A stretch of DNA of 64,000 nt, from assembly GCA_946186275.1 (NCBI GenBank), contig CAMHMO010000001.1, positions 139,735-203,734 on the forward strand. The letters are read 5' to 3'. Origin of the DNA: an uncultured Verrucomicrobiota bacterium (lineage in GTDB: Bacteria > Verrucomicrobiota > Verrucomicrobiia > Opitutales > UBA9783). Position 1 is the first letter of the stretch; every line of letters starts with the position of its first letter. Positions 19,344 to 29,693 of the stretch are shown here, one piece after another. The notes under the pieces were generated by a model. That model was not told the DNA's origin, did no database searches, and saw only the letters and a program-made list of their open reading frames with translations. The position numbers were made by a program, and so were the translations under genes.

Positions 19344-20098
19344 TATAATGAACAGGCTTTTGATGCGTACGATACCGTTTTTTGCGTCGGTCCGCACCAT
19401 GAGACTGAAATTCGCAAACGCGAACAAATGTATCGATTGCCTGCTAAAAATTTAATCCCCGTCGGTTATCCGCGAATGGATGCAATTTTTCAAAAAAATC
19501 AACATTACCAAAAACAGTTCAACAAAACAACCGTTCTTGTGGCGCCCACCTGGAGCATGGCAAGTTTGTTCGAAAACGGCATAGATGAATTGTCAGATGT
19601 TTTGGAGAAAACCGATTGGCGGATTATCATTCGCCCACATCCCGAGTTTTTAAAACGACGTTCTTCCTTGCGAAAACATTGGAAGATCGCGTAATTCAAA
19701 CAAAAAACTTCGTCTGGGAAGATTGTTTGCTTTAGGAGAATAATCTTTACGAAGCCGATATCCTCATCACCGAGCGCTCGGAAATTGCCTTTAAATACGC
19801 TTTCGCGACGGAGCGTCCCGTGCTGTTTATCGATACACCGCTGAAGGAGCACAATAAAAATTGGAGATCATTAGGCATCGAGCCGATCGAACTGCAACTG
19901 CGCCATAAAATCGGCGTTTCGGTACCGTTGGCTCGTCTTTCGGAAGTTCCGGATGAAATTGAGAACCTGCTGAAAAGCCGAGCGGATTGGCAGGAAATGT
20001 TAAGAGAAATTCGCGAAATACATGTTTATAATTTTGGACATTCGGTTGAAAAGGGCGTGGATTATATAAGAGAAAGATTAAAAAAGAGTTGCATATAA
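19344..20098 (+). pseudogene. TagB/TagF-like CDP-alcohol (glycerophospho)transferase remnant
   Basis: Open frame starts at 19344 with no N-terminal domain. Family-like segments: VGYPRMDAIF, TTVLVAPTWS, then after a frame change ..LEDRVIQTKNFVWEDCLL*ENNLYEADILITERSEIAFKYAFATERPVLFIDTP.. with an in-frame TAG at 19733..19735. Confidence 0.6.
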
Positions 20099-20135
20099 CA
20101 AATATCGGTGCTAGAAGTTGTTAGTGGGTGGTTTC

Positions 20136-20171
<36 letters not shown>

Positions 20172-20538
20172 GTTTTATGCCGAATGGAAGCCGTTCAAGT
20201 TCTTGGTGTTTTGCCTCAGGCAATTTGCTTTTGAGAGGCTCCCTGCGAGACGGCAAGCCATTCTCAATCGTCTGAAAGACTACTTCGGTATAAGGGGGAA
20301 CAGCTCGCGTTGCATTACAAAATTGCAAAAATTCTGGAAAGACAGCATCAAAATTACGAATCGTACGACTATGGCGAAGGTTACTTCTATCATGTAACGA
20401 AGCAAAGACATACGATGTGGTTTTATCGTTTGCCAATCATTCTACCTATGATCACTTCATAAGTTGCTTCGTTGAAAAAAGTTATACGAATATTCGTCGT
20501 AATCTTGCTTTAGAGTTGAGTTATTTTGGGAGTCTAGC

Positions 20539-21852
20539 ATGAGGTTATTTTTGTTATTATCGGTGTATAGGCTCCTTTTGAACTGGTTATGCAGTATTTT
20601 TTATGCTTGGAGAGGGTTTGAATATTCTTTTACATTCGATATACTCTCATGGTTTATATTCGCAGGTAGCTTTTCCCTTTTTAGAATCATAGTGCTTCTT
20701 AGCAAAAGGATGGATGATGTGCTAAAATTCCTTCTCTTGCTCCTTTATATGGCATCATATTTGCCGTTTACGTCTTTAATTGCCTTTCGTCGAGTATCGA
20801 TTCCTCTTATCATCCATAATTCGATTTATTTTCTTATTCTGGGAACGGTATGCAGATTGGGAGTTGAATTTTGTGATTTTAAAATACCTCTTATTACAGT
20901 TGGTAGGCGTCTTTTGACTGGAATTTGTGTTGTTATAGCGTCTGTTTGCCTATACATCTCCTACAGGTATGCATCCTTTCGATTGTACCTCCGTTTTGAT
21001 GACGTGTACATTGCTAGAAGTGCATTTTTACGTTTAAACATAAGTAAATTTGAGCGCACATTTTTCAGTGTAGCTGCGGCGCTTTTGCCCTATTTTGCGT
21101 CATATTTCCTTACTCAAAGACGACTGATAATAACAGTGCTTTGTACTGTATCTATAATAACTTCATACTGTACTTGTGGTTCCAAATTTTTGTTATTTAC
21201 ACTTGTGATTGGATACATTATAGTGTTGTTTCCTAGCAAAAAGATTTCAATAAGAGGAGATTTTTTCTGTTATCTTGGAATAGCTGTTTCTTTGATCACA
21301 GTTCTCGCACTGAAAGTTTCTTGTACTAATGTAATAGCTGATGTGGCTTCAAGATGCCTGTCGAGGATACTTTTTGCACTCAACTTCATGATTATTGATT
21401 ATTTTCATTTCTTTATTGAGACACATCATCCGCCTGAGTGTTACCTGAAGATTTTGAGTCACTTTATTAACGTTCCTGTTCGTTATCATAGTGATATTAA
21501 TCCAGTGCCATTGGTGATAGCGAAGACTTATTATGGTAATGAAGATTGGTGTTGTTGTGGATTATTGGGAATTGCAGTTATGAGGTTGGGATATCCAGGC
21601 ATTTTTGTAATGCCGTTTGTTTCTGCTTTTCTCGTATTGTTTTTTAGCAAGCTTGTTGTTGCTTTGGCTGATCGATTACAGATTTTTTTTTCAGGTTGTT
21701 TTATTATCTGCATCATGAATGGTAACACTTATGTACACTTCCTTTTCCCATTATTTTTCTGCCTTTGGTTGATGGGCTCTGCTGAGAATTCTAAGAAAAG
21801 TTGTAACAGTGTATCTAGAAATTTCCTACCTTACATTCGCGGCGGTATTTGA
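20539..21852 (+). CDS. Polytopic membrane protein, O-antigen polymerase (Wzy)-like
   Basis: 437 aa, almost entirely hydrophobic segments, markedly AT-rich, and located in the glycan locus. Assigned by architecture and context only. Confidence 0.5.
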   Translation: MRLFLLLSVYRLLLNWLCSIFYAWRGFEYSFTFDILSWFIFAGSFSLFRIIVLLSKRMDDVLKFLLLLLYMASYLPFTSLIAFRRVSIPLIIHNSIYFLILGTVCRLGVEFCDFKIPLITVGRRLLTGICVVIASVCLYISYRYASFRLYLRFDDVYIARSAFLRLNISKFERTFFSVAAALLPYFASYFLTQRRLIITVLCTVSIITSYCTCGSKFLLFTLVIGYIIVLFPSKKISIRGDFFCYLGIAVSLITVLALKVSCTNVIADVASRCLSRILFALNFMIIDYFHFFIETHHPPECYLKILSHFINVPVRYHSDINPVPLVIAKTYYGNEDWCCCGLLGIAVMRLGYPGIFVMPFVSAFLVLFFSKLVVALADRLQIFFSGCFIICIMNGNTYVHFLFPLFFCLWLMGSAENSKKSCNSVSRNFLPYIRGGI

Positions 21853-23616
21853 GTGCGCCTCGTGCGCCCGTGATCGGAACGTCGAGCAAATCGAATCAAA
21901 ACTGTCGATTTTCGAGCGATCGACTTGTATGTCCGTATTGATCGTATCGATGGCGGTATTGATAAACTGCGTTTTCTTTGAAAAAGCATCCGTCCAGGAA
22001 GAAACGACATCGGTTGTTATTTTATCGTTGTTGTAGAAATATTCATATTCCCGCACGCTGTTCGGGATAACCTTCGCGCAATCGATGCGTGTTGGAAGTT
22101 TGAAGTTTTTCACATAGCCCTTGTCAGCTTCATTCGTGTTTTCGTTATAATAATGATAAACCGCTTTCGCATTCGTCATTTCTACGGTATCAATCGGATC
22201 TTTTGTATCAATAAAAGTCGCCGTAAAAACCCCGGTTTCGTCCAAATCGTAATTATCACAAAAGTTATTTCCGCGCCCATCCCTGTCCGTACCGTTATTA
22301 CCGATCAAAAACCGCATACCGCTCTCGTCTGCCGGTATTAAAAAGCAATAATTACTTTTATCTTTTCGATTGGATTGAAGAACCAGATACTTTTTGTCAT
22401 CCTCTTCATAGAAGTTGTACATACTTCCACCGCATAAATACGTCAGTGCCGTCGCGGCACCGTCGGGAATTCGATGTTTGATATCTTTGCCGTCGGTACC
22501 CGATTGGCTTGAATTCAGGATATTCAGGCCGCGATTGATAAACTCCAAATACGTATTGAGTGCGGAGATGCTTTTCGATTGGATGTTTAAATTTTCGCGC
22601 AACGCCTGAACTTTGACCTCAAAAAACGACGAAACGGCGTTGATCGGACCGTCGCGATCCGTCAAATACCCGACGTAGAACATTTCCAACGCACCAAGGT
22701 GTTTCGTCGCTTCGGTATCTTTGGTGCTTTTCACATCGGGGATACACGGGAAGCCGGTTTCGATGTCATCGGGGAAATTGGTGTAGTCCGTATAACCGCG
22801 ACCGATAAGTTTGTAATAGTAGTAAATGAACTTCATGCGATCGATGAGTGATAACGAACCGAACACCATTATGGGAGCCTTTGCCGTTCCGCCTGCACGT
22901 GAATCCTTGTAAGCGATCAGTGTCGTACGCAAAGCCTCGAGATTGTCATAGTTGGTTATCGAAGCTATCTGTGAACGCACGTCTCCGGCTTCATACAACA
23001 TCTCCATCGGATCTTTGACGATTTCCCACTGTTTTGTATCGTTATTATATTGATGATGTTTCACCAGCGCATCGACCGTTTCATCGGCAAACGTTTTGCA
23101 AACGGACAGTTTATCGATGTAAGCGCGCGCCCTTTGCATTCTCTCATAATCGCTTACATCGGGCAGATCGCTAATTTCCTGCAACTTCTCCAAAGCCGTT
23201 TGGGCTTCGTTAATATATGTGTGCAACATCTGCAGGTAATCCACAATCGATTTGACGTAAAACCGCAACGCCATATACCCTTCGCGACACGTCTCATCAA
23301 CGGCTTTACCGTCGGGCATTCGCGAATCATTATAAATTTCGGAAAGTCTGTTAAAATTATCGCCGTATTTATCAATCGTATCCAAGGAAATAATATATCC
23401 GAGACGATAAAGTGCACCTTTCAGCAGATCGGGATAAGAGGTACCCGTCGGATATTTGCCTGTTGTATCGACGAAAAGTTTTTTGTATTCCGCAACGATT
23501 TCCGAAAGCGATTTATCCGATATATCCGCCACCGATGGTTGCACGCCGACGGTACGAACGTTTTCAATCGGCACAAACGGCTGATTGGATGAAACATCTG
23601 AAATACTTTGGGACAT
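21826..23616 (-). CDS. Orphan 596-aa protein, paralog of 23621..25348
   Basis: No signal peptide and a Ser-rich N-terminus. Shared blocks with its neighbour: YLTDRDGPINAV / YLIDRDGSVNAV, HRIPDGAATALTYLCG / HRIPEGAMNALMYVCG, KVIPNSVREY / KILPNSVRKY, INTAIDTINTDIQV / IQTAIDTVNTDIKV. Confidence 0.7.
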   Translation of the reverse strand: MSQSISDVSSNQPFVPIENVRTVGVQPSVADISDKSLSEIVAEYKKLFVDTTGKYPTGTSYPDLLKGALYRLGYIISLDTIDKYGDNFNRLSEIYNDSRMPDGKAVDETCREGYMALRFYVKSIVDYLQMLHTYINEAQTALEKLQEISDLPDVSDYERMQRARAYIDKLSVCKTFADETVDALVKHHQYNNDTKQWEIVKDPMEMLYEAGDVRSQIASITNYDNLEALRTTLIAYKDSRAGGTAKAPIMVFGSLSLIDRMKFIYYYYKLIGRGYTDYTNFPDDIETGFPCIPDVKSTKDTEATKHLGALEMFYVGYLTDRDGPINAVSSFFEVKVQALRENLNIQSKSISALNTYLEFINRGLNILNSSQSGTDGKDIKHRIPDGAATALTYLCGGSMYNFYEEDDKKYLVLQSNRKDKSNYCFLIPADESGMRFLIGNNGTDRDGRGNNFCDNYDLDETGVFTATFIDTKDPIDTVEMTNAKAVYHYYNENTNEADKGYVKNFKLPTRIDCAKVIPNSVREYEYFYNNDKITTDVVSSWTDAFSKKTQFINTAIDTINTDIQVDRSKIDSFDSICSTFRSRAHEAHSNTAANVR

Positions 23617-23620
23617 ATGA

Positions 23621-25348
23621 TTATTTTTTAATGTTTGAAGCGACTTTCACGTAGGCGGTGTGCGTTCGGTTTCGAAACGTATTGCTTAAAGTATTCAAGG
23701 TGTCGATTTTGTTGCGAAAGACTTTAATGTCGGTATTAACGGTATCGATGGCGGTTTGTATGGACGAAATTTTATCCTGAAACGCCTTTTGCCAGGAAGG
23801 CAATATGTCGGATTTGTCAATGAAAGCGGCTTTGTTAAAATCCGCGTATTTCCGAACGCTGTTTGGAAGAATTTTTTCACACTCGATTGGAAATGACGGT
23901 ACAAAGTCTTTCCCGAAAATTTTTTCCACATCATTATGACGATTGTAGCCGGAAGCCTGATTCGAGCAATGATATGTTGTCGGTTTACCGGAAAATAAAT
24001 CATCGCTGAGAAAGTATAGCTCACGATTGCCATTCCAATGATTATCAACACAGCAGTTCCCGCGATAGCTGTTTGCATCCGCCCTGTCACCGATCAACCA
24101 ATTCATACCGGCATCGTCGGCGGAAATCAGCAGATACTGTCCGTGACTTACATAACCTTCGAGAACCAAACACTTTGTCCCGTCGGATGCTTCCGCCAAC
24201 GGATACATGTTGCAGCCGCACACATACATCAATGCGTTCATCGCACCCTCAGGGATGCGATGTCGCTGCTCCGACGGAATTTCTCCCTTATCATTCGACG
24301 TCACACTTGACTGACTTGCGTTTAAAATATCCAAGGCACGCTGAATAAATTTCAAATAGACATTGAGTGCCTTTATTTTCTCCGATTCCAAGCGAATTTT
24401 TTCAATCAAAGCGGCGGATTTGACCTCCTGATACGACGCAACGGCGTTCACGGAACCGTCACGATCGATGAGGTAACCCATGAAAAAAGGTTCGATCGCG
24501 GCAAGCACATCCGTCTTTGATGCTTCCTTAACGGTCGGTACACCGCGAATCTTGTCGTTCGGAAAAAGCGCATCGGTTTTACCGCTGTCAATGTCGTAAT
24601 ACAATTTGATGTACTTTAAACGATCGAGAAGATTGAGTTCGTTAAAAACTTCGATGTTTTTTTTGCCAAACACAGGCTCCTTTTGATATTCCTGTTTTTC
24701 GTAATCCTGCACCTTCATGGTACGCAATTTATCGTAGGGCTTGTAGGCATTCGGGTCACCATCATGAAACTGCGTATGGGGGGCGTTTGTATAATCATCC
24801 TCATACAGTTTCCAAATGTCCTCGTTCAGGTCATAAATATAACGGAAGCCGAACGTTTCGTGCATCTCCTTCGAAAAACCGTCCAGAATATCCAGCTGAT
24901 CGATAAGCCACTGCGGAAAATCCGCCGTTGCCTGATTTAAAAGCGCGCGCGCTTTAATGATATAATCCCCGAGCTGATTGATTTGTTCGATGATCTGGCG
25001 ACCGTAAAACTTATAGGCATCATTTGCCTGATCGGAATCCACGCAAACATCTCGAATAAAATCCGTAAAATTCACATGGCGATTACGATCCATAGGAATG
25101 TTTTTTCCGAAAATGTCATTCAATTGTTTTAACAGATTGTTCTGAACCTTTTCGTGATTATTGAAAATCTCCGTGTAGTGTATTTTGATATCCTCTGCCA
25201 CAGCCGTATCGGCAACGGATGCCGCACGCAGATTTTTGCGTTCAACCGCCGACAATGATGATCGCGAACCGACGACGACATGCGGATACGTTGCGGGCAA
25301 AGGATTTAAATTCGGAACGGAATATGCCACGGTTTTGCCTTTATTCAA
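23621..25348 (-). CDS. Orphan 575-aa protein, paralog of 21826..23616
   Basis: See paralog blocks above. Separated from its paralog by 4 nt. Confidence 0.7.
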   Translation of the reverse strand: MNKGKTVAYSVPNLNPLPATYPHVVVGSRSSLSAVERKNLRAASVADTAVAEDIKIHYTEIFNNHEKVQNNLLKQLNDIFGKNIPMDRNRHVNFTDFIRDVCVDSDQANDAYKFYGRQIIEQINQLGDYIIKARALLNQATADFPQWLIDQLDILDGFSKEMHETFGFRYIYDLNEDIWKLYEDDYTNAPHTQFHDGDPNAYKPYDKLRTMKVQDYEKQEYQKEPVFGKKNIEVFNELNLLDRLKYIKLYYDIDSGKTDALFPNDKIRGVPTVKEASKTDVLAAIEPFFMGYLIDRDGSVNAVASYQEVKSAALIEKIRLESEKIKALNVYLKFIQRALDILNASQSSVTSNDKGEIPSEQRHRIPEGAMNALMYVCGCNMYPLAEASDGTKCLVLEGYVSHGQYLLISADDAGMNWLIGDRADANSYRGNCCVDNHWNGNRELYFLSDDLFSGKPTTYHCSNQASGYNRHNDVEKIFGKDFVPSFPIECEKILPNSVRKYADFNKAAFIDKSDILPSWQKAFQDKISSIQTAIDTVNTDIKVFRNKIDTLNTLSNTFRNRTHTAYVKVASNIKK

Positions 25349-25386
25349 ATATCGGACATCGGTCGAAAATTTTCACAAAAACTTCC

Positions 25387-25737
25387 CTAAATCATCCGCC
25401 CCGGCATCAGACGCCCTTTGATTTTTGCGGTACAGGCATTGTGAGAAGTCTCTTTCAAAGGTATATTTATTCGTTTGGCAGCCGTTTTTTTCTCAATCGT
25501 CGCATTGCTTTGTTTTGACAGTGGCAACAACATCTTCAGTGCCTGTATCATGGCTTTTTCGGACGGATTAATTTTCTCTAACAGCCGAATGGTTTCCTCG
25601 ATATTCTTCGGCGTTAACAGACTGCCTTCCGCCGTTGCGGATTTACTTTCGCGGAAAAATTTCTGCAGTTGCGCCAGACGTTTATCCAGCTCCGCCAATT
25701 CCTTCAACATCGCCTCGGGATCGCTTTTCTTTGCCAT
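25387..25737 (-). CDS. Small helical/charged protein upstream of the paralog pair
   Basis: 116-aa ORF, coiled-coil-like N-terminus (LKELAELDKRLAQLQKFF), 38 nt upstream of 25348. No family recognised. Confidence 0.4.
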   Translation of the reverse strand: MAKKSDPEAMLKELAELDKRLAQLQKFFRESKSATAEGSLLTPKNIEETIRLLEKINPSEKAMIQALKMLLPLSKQSNATIEKKTAAKRINIPLKETSHNACTAKIKGRLMPGRMI

Positions 25738-26160
25738 TCAAAAGCAATGTGAAGCAGATTTTGTGCCTGAATGACGGAGGAGAGAAAAAAAATCCGACCT
25801 GACGGACAAAAGAACGGTTTTCGGAAAACCTGCGTTGCGGTTTGGGAATAGATATGTTTTTTTACTTACCATCGAAGGCGGTTCGCATTTTTTTCATCCG
25901 ACCCCGTCCGTGTTTAATAAAAAAAGCGTATTTTAAAAATCGTTTTTTCAACAGAACACACGGTATAGGAACGATGCCCGTGAAAATGGCTCCGATTTAT
26001 TTAAAACCGACGATTTGTTAACCGAGGGTATCTCCGTTAAAAAAACCATAGCTTAATCTCTCGGAGTACGTTGCGTGTTCTGCAGACTTCAAAGGGCGGC
26101 AACAATTTCATTCCACTTCTTTTCCATTGCCTTTGACGGCAAAAAATTCACAATAATTTC

Positions 26161-29100
26161 GTGGCAGGAAATGTAAAAAAAGCAATTACGGACGCCAATG
26201 AAGCGGTTGCATCCGTGGCGTACGCTTACAGCGAGGTGGTTTCGATTTACCCGATTACGCCTTCCTCGCCCATGGCGGATTTCTGCGACCAATGGTCGGC
26301 AAACGGCAAACCGAACCTTTGGGACAATGTACCCGAAGTCATTGAAATGGAATCGGAAGCGGGCGTGGCGGGATTGGCGCACGGAACCGCTCAAAACGGC
26401 GTTTTGACGACAACCTTTACCGCTTCGCAGGGATTGTTGCTGATGATCCCGAATTTGTACAAGCTCGCAGGGGAATTGACGCCCTTTTGTATGCACGTCA
26501 CCGCGCGCGCCTTATCCACCCACGCCTTGTCGATTTACGGTGATCAGTCGGACGTCATGGCAACGCGCCAAACGGGCGTCGTGCTTTTGGCGTCGCATTC
26601 GGTGCAAGCCGCACAGGACTTGGCGGCAATCGCGCATGTGTGTACATTAAAAGCCAAAATTCCGTTCTTGCACTTTTTTGACGGCTTTCGTACATCGCAC
26701 GAAATCAACACCTATGTACCTTTGGAAGAGACACACCTGAAAGCTTTGTTGGATGAAGAAGATTTGATTGAATTTCGCAAACGCGGTCTTAATCCCGATG
26801 CTCCGATGATATGCGGGACGGCGCAAATGCCCGATGTATATTTTCAGTGTGCCGAACGCTCCAATCCGTTTTACAATGCCGTTCCCGAAATCGTCGAAGC
26901 CAAAATGCGACAGCTGGAAGCGTTGACGGGAAGAAGGTATCATCTCTTCGAATACACGGGTTCGCCCGACGCCGAACGGGTTTTCGTTGCGATGGGTTCG
27001 GGTGCGGAAACTTTAAAGCAAACGGTTCACTATTTGATGAAAAAAGGCGAAAAAGTCGGCGTTATTAACGTTCATTTGTATCGCCCGTTTTCGGTAAAAC
27101 ATTTTATTCAGACCCTGCCGACATCGGTTAAGGAAGTGATTGTTCTCGATCGCACAAAGGAACCAGGCTCCGTTGCCGAACCGCTCTGTCTGGATGTCAC
27201 GGCGGCGTTACAGCGGGCGGCCGATGCAAAGAAGTTCCCTCATTTGCCAAAAATCCTCGGCGGACGTTACGGCGTCGGCATGAAGGAATTTACGCCGACA
27301 ATGGCGAATGCCGTTCACGAAGCCGCCAAGGCACAAACCTTGAAGCCCTCCTTTACGGTCGGCATCAACGACGACGTCACACATTTGTCGGTGCCGATTA
27401 AAGAAACGCTGGATCTGGAAGACAAAGACGGATTTCGCGCGCTTTTCTTCGGATTGGCGTCGGACGGAACGGTCGGTGCCAACAAGAATACGATTAAAAT
27501 CATCGGTCGCGAAACGGAAAAATTCGCCCAGGCGTACTTCGAATACGATTCCAAAAAATCGGGCGGCATGACGGTTTCACACCTGCGTTTCGGCAATAAA
27601 CCGATCGAAGCACCGTATTTAATCCAAACCTCGCACTTTGTCGGCTGCCACCAATTCCAATTTTTACGCACGTATCCTGTATTGGAAAAATTGCAAAACG
27701 GCGGCGTATTCCTTCTCAATGCGCCGTTCAACCCCGACGAGCTGTGGGAACAGTTGCCGCGGAATATTCAGCAAACACTGGTTGAGAAGCAAATTCGGTT
27801 TTATGCCATCGACGCCTACGCCATTGCGCAAAAAGCCGGCATGGGCAATCGCATCAATACGATTATGCAGACGTGCTTCTTCGCGATTTCCGGAATTTTA
27901 CCGCAACAAACCGCCATCGAAGCCGTCAAACACGCCATTCAAAAGACGTACGGCAAAAAAGGTGATGCCGTGGTCGCCGCCAACTGTGCCGCCGTGGATG
28001 CGACTTTGGCGAATTTGCATAAAATTTCGTTAAAACAGGTTTCCGTAACCGAAGGAAAAGCCGCTTCCTTCAACTTATCGGGCGCGTCGGAATTCGTGCA
28101 GACCGTCACCAGGCGTCTGTTGGAGCACAAAGGCGAAGAGTTACCCGTCAGCACGTTGCCGATCGGCGGTCGTTGGCCGACAGGCACGGCGTGCTTCGAA
28201 AAACGCAACATGGCGCAATTTATTCCGCAGTGGAATCCCGAATTATGCGGTCAATGCACCCGCTGTACGACGGTATGCCCGCATGCGGCGTTGCGATCAA
28301 AACATTTCGATAAGGAACTTCTGGAAGACGCGCCCGAAGGTTTCAAGTCCCTGCCCTATCGTTCCAAGGAACTGGCAAACGATGTTTTTACCCTGCAGGT
28401 TGCGCCAGAACATTGCACCGGGTGTGGCTTATGCAGTGAAAGCTGTCTGTCGCGAAGCCGTACGGATGCGTCGAAAAAAGCGCTGATAATGGTCAAAAAA
28501 TCGGAAGCATTCGAAGACGCAAAGCGAAATTGGGACTTTTTCGCAACCCTCCCCTACCCCGCCGCATCGGGTACGCCATCCGATGCTAAACAGGCGCAGT
28601 TCCGACAGCCGCTGTTCGAATTCTCGGGAGCCTGTATCGGATGCGGTGAAACAGCGTATATTAAATTGCTCACGCAACTGTTCGGCGACCGACTTTTAAT
28701 CGCCAACGCAACGGGATGCTCCTCCATCTACGGCGGGCACTTGCCGACAACGCCGTACACAAAAAATGCCGAGGGGCGCGGTCCGGCATGGGCATCGTCT
28801 CTGTTTGAAGACAATGCCGAATTCGGGCTCGGCATGCGTGTTTCGGCGGACAAAAAAACTTATCTTGCGCGCGAACTGTTGCGGGAACTGCAACCGCAAT
28901 TATCGACGGATTTTTCAAAATTATTGCAAAAACCGACCGACGATGCGCAACGACAGCAACATCGGGAGTTGATTGACGCACTGAAAGCACAATTAAAGCA
29001 ACTTTCCTCCGAAAAGGCGCGTTTATTGTTGCCGATTGCGGACTTTTTGGTTGATCGCTCCGTTTGGACAATCGGCGGCGACGGCTGGGCGTACGACATC

Positions 29101-29688
29101 GGCTACGGCGGTTTGGATCACGTACTGGCAAGCGGTAGGAATGTAAAAATTTTGGTATTGGATACGGAAGTTTATTCCAACACAGGCGGTCAACAGTCGA
29201 AATCCACGCCCTTGGGTGCCGTTGCAAAATTCGCCGCCTCGGGCAAGGAACGTTCCAAAAAAGATCTCGGTTTATTGGCAATGAGCTATAAGAGTGTCTA
29301 TGTGGCTCAAATCGCCGTCCAAACGAACCCGAACCAAGCCGTTAAAGCCTTTCTCGAAGCCGAAAGTTACGAAGGTCCGGCACTCATTATCGCTTACTCC
29401 AACTGTATCGAACACGGTTATGATTTACGTTTTGGCGTCGAACAACAACGCCTGGCGGTCGCAAGCGGTTACTGGCCGCTGTACCGCTACGATCCGCGTC
29501 TGATGGAACGTAATCCGTTACAACTCGACGCCGTCGATAATCGCATTCCGTTATCAGAGTACCTGAAACGCGAAAACCGTTTTCAAATTCTGACCAAAAC
29601 CCAACCGCAACGCGCGGAACAGTTACTGCAACGGGCGCAGGAGGCGATCAATCAACGGGTAGCATTTTATAAGAAGTTGGCGGAGTAA
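26161..29688 (+). CDS. nifJ: Pyruvate:ferredoxin (flavodoxin) oxidoreductase, single-chain
   Basis: 1175 aa, GTG start. N-terminal AVASVAYAYSEVVSIYPITPSSPMA, two 4Fe-4S motifs CGQCTRCTTVCP and CTGCGLCSESC, ThDP motif GGDGWAYDIGYGGLDH. Confidence 0.95.
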   Translation: MAGNVKKAITDANEAVASVAYAYSEVVSIYPITPSSPMADFCDQWSANGKPNLWDNVPEVIEMESEAGVAGLAHGTAQNGVLTTTFTASQGLLLMIPNLYKLAGELTPFCMHVTARALSTHALSIYGDQSDVMATRQTGVVLLASHSVQAAQDLAAIAHVCTLKAKIPFLHFFDGFRTSHEINTYVPLEETHLKALLDEEDLIEFRKRGLNPDAPMICGTAQMPDVYFQCAERSNPFYNAVPEIVEAKMRQLEALTGRRYHLFEYTGSPDAERVFVAMGSGAETLKQTVHYLMKKGEKVGVINVHLYRPFSVKHFIQTLPTSVKEVIVLDRTKEPGSVAEPLCLDVTAALQRAADAKKFPHLPKILGGRYGVGMKEFTPTMANAVHEAAKAQTLKPSFTVGINDDVTHLSVPIKETLDLEDKDGFRALFFGLASDGTVGANKNTIKIIGRETEKFAQAYFEYDSKKSGGMTVSHLRFGNKPIEAPYLIQTSHFVGCHQFQFLRTYPVLEKLQNGGVFLLNAPFNPDELWEQLPRNIQQTLVEKQIRFYAIDAYAIAQKAGMGNRINTIMQTCFFAISGILPQQTAIEAVKHAIQKTYGKKGDAVVAANCAAVDATLANLHKISLKQVSVTEGKAASFNLSGASEFVQTVTRRLLEHKGEELPVSTLPIGGRWPTGTACFEKRNMAQFIPQWNPELCGQCTRCTTVCPHAALRSKHFDKELLEDAPEGFKSLPYRSKELANDVFTLQVAPEHCTGCGLCSESCLSRSRTDASKKALIMVKKSEAFEDAKRNWDFFATLPYPAASGTPSDAKQAQFRQPLFEFSGACIGCGETAYIKLLTQLFGDRLLIANATGCSSIYGGHLPTTPYTKNAEGRGPAWASSLFEDNAEFGLGMRVSADKKTYLARELLRELQPQLSTDFSKLLQKPTDDAQRQQHRELIDALKAQLKQLSSEKARLLLPIADFLVDRSVWTIGGDGWAYDIGYGGLDHVLASGRNVKILVLDTEVYSNTGGQQSKSTPLGAVAKFAASGKERSKKDLGLLAMSYKSVYVAQIAVQTNPNQAVKAFLEAESYEGPALIIAYSNCIEHGYDLRFGVEQQRLAVASGYWPLYRYDPRLMERNPLQLDAVDNRIPLSEYLKRENRFQILTKTQPQRAEQLLQRAQEAINQRVAFYKKLAE

Positions 29689-29693
29689 GGAAA

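Noticed and set aside
26089-26496. 135-aa minus-strand ORF at the nifJ 5' end
   Set aside because: It is antisense to the conserved N-terminus of PFOR, and its Arg/His-rich translation is typical of a shadow frame.
28670-29281. 203-aa minus-strand ORF, plus other internal ORFs within 26161..29688
   Set aside because: They are antisense or off-frame to the full-length, motif-rich PFOR gene. These are high-GC shadow ORFs with Arg/Pro-rich translations.
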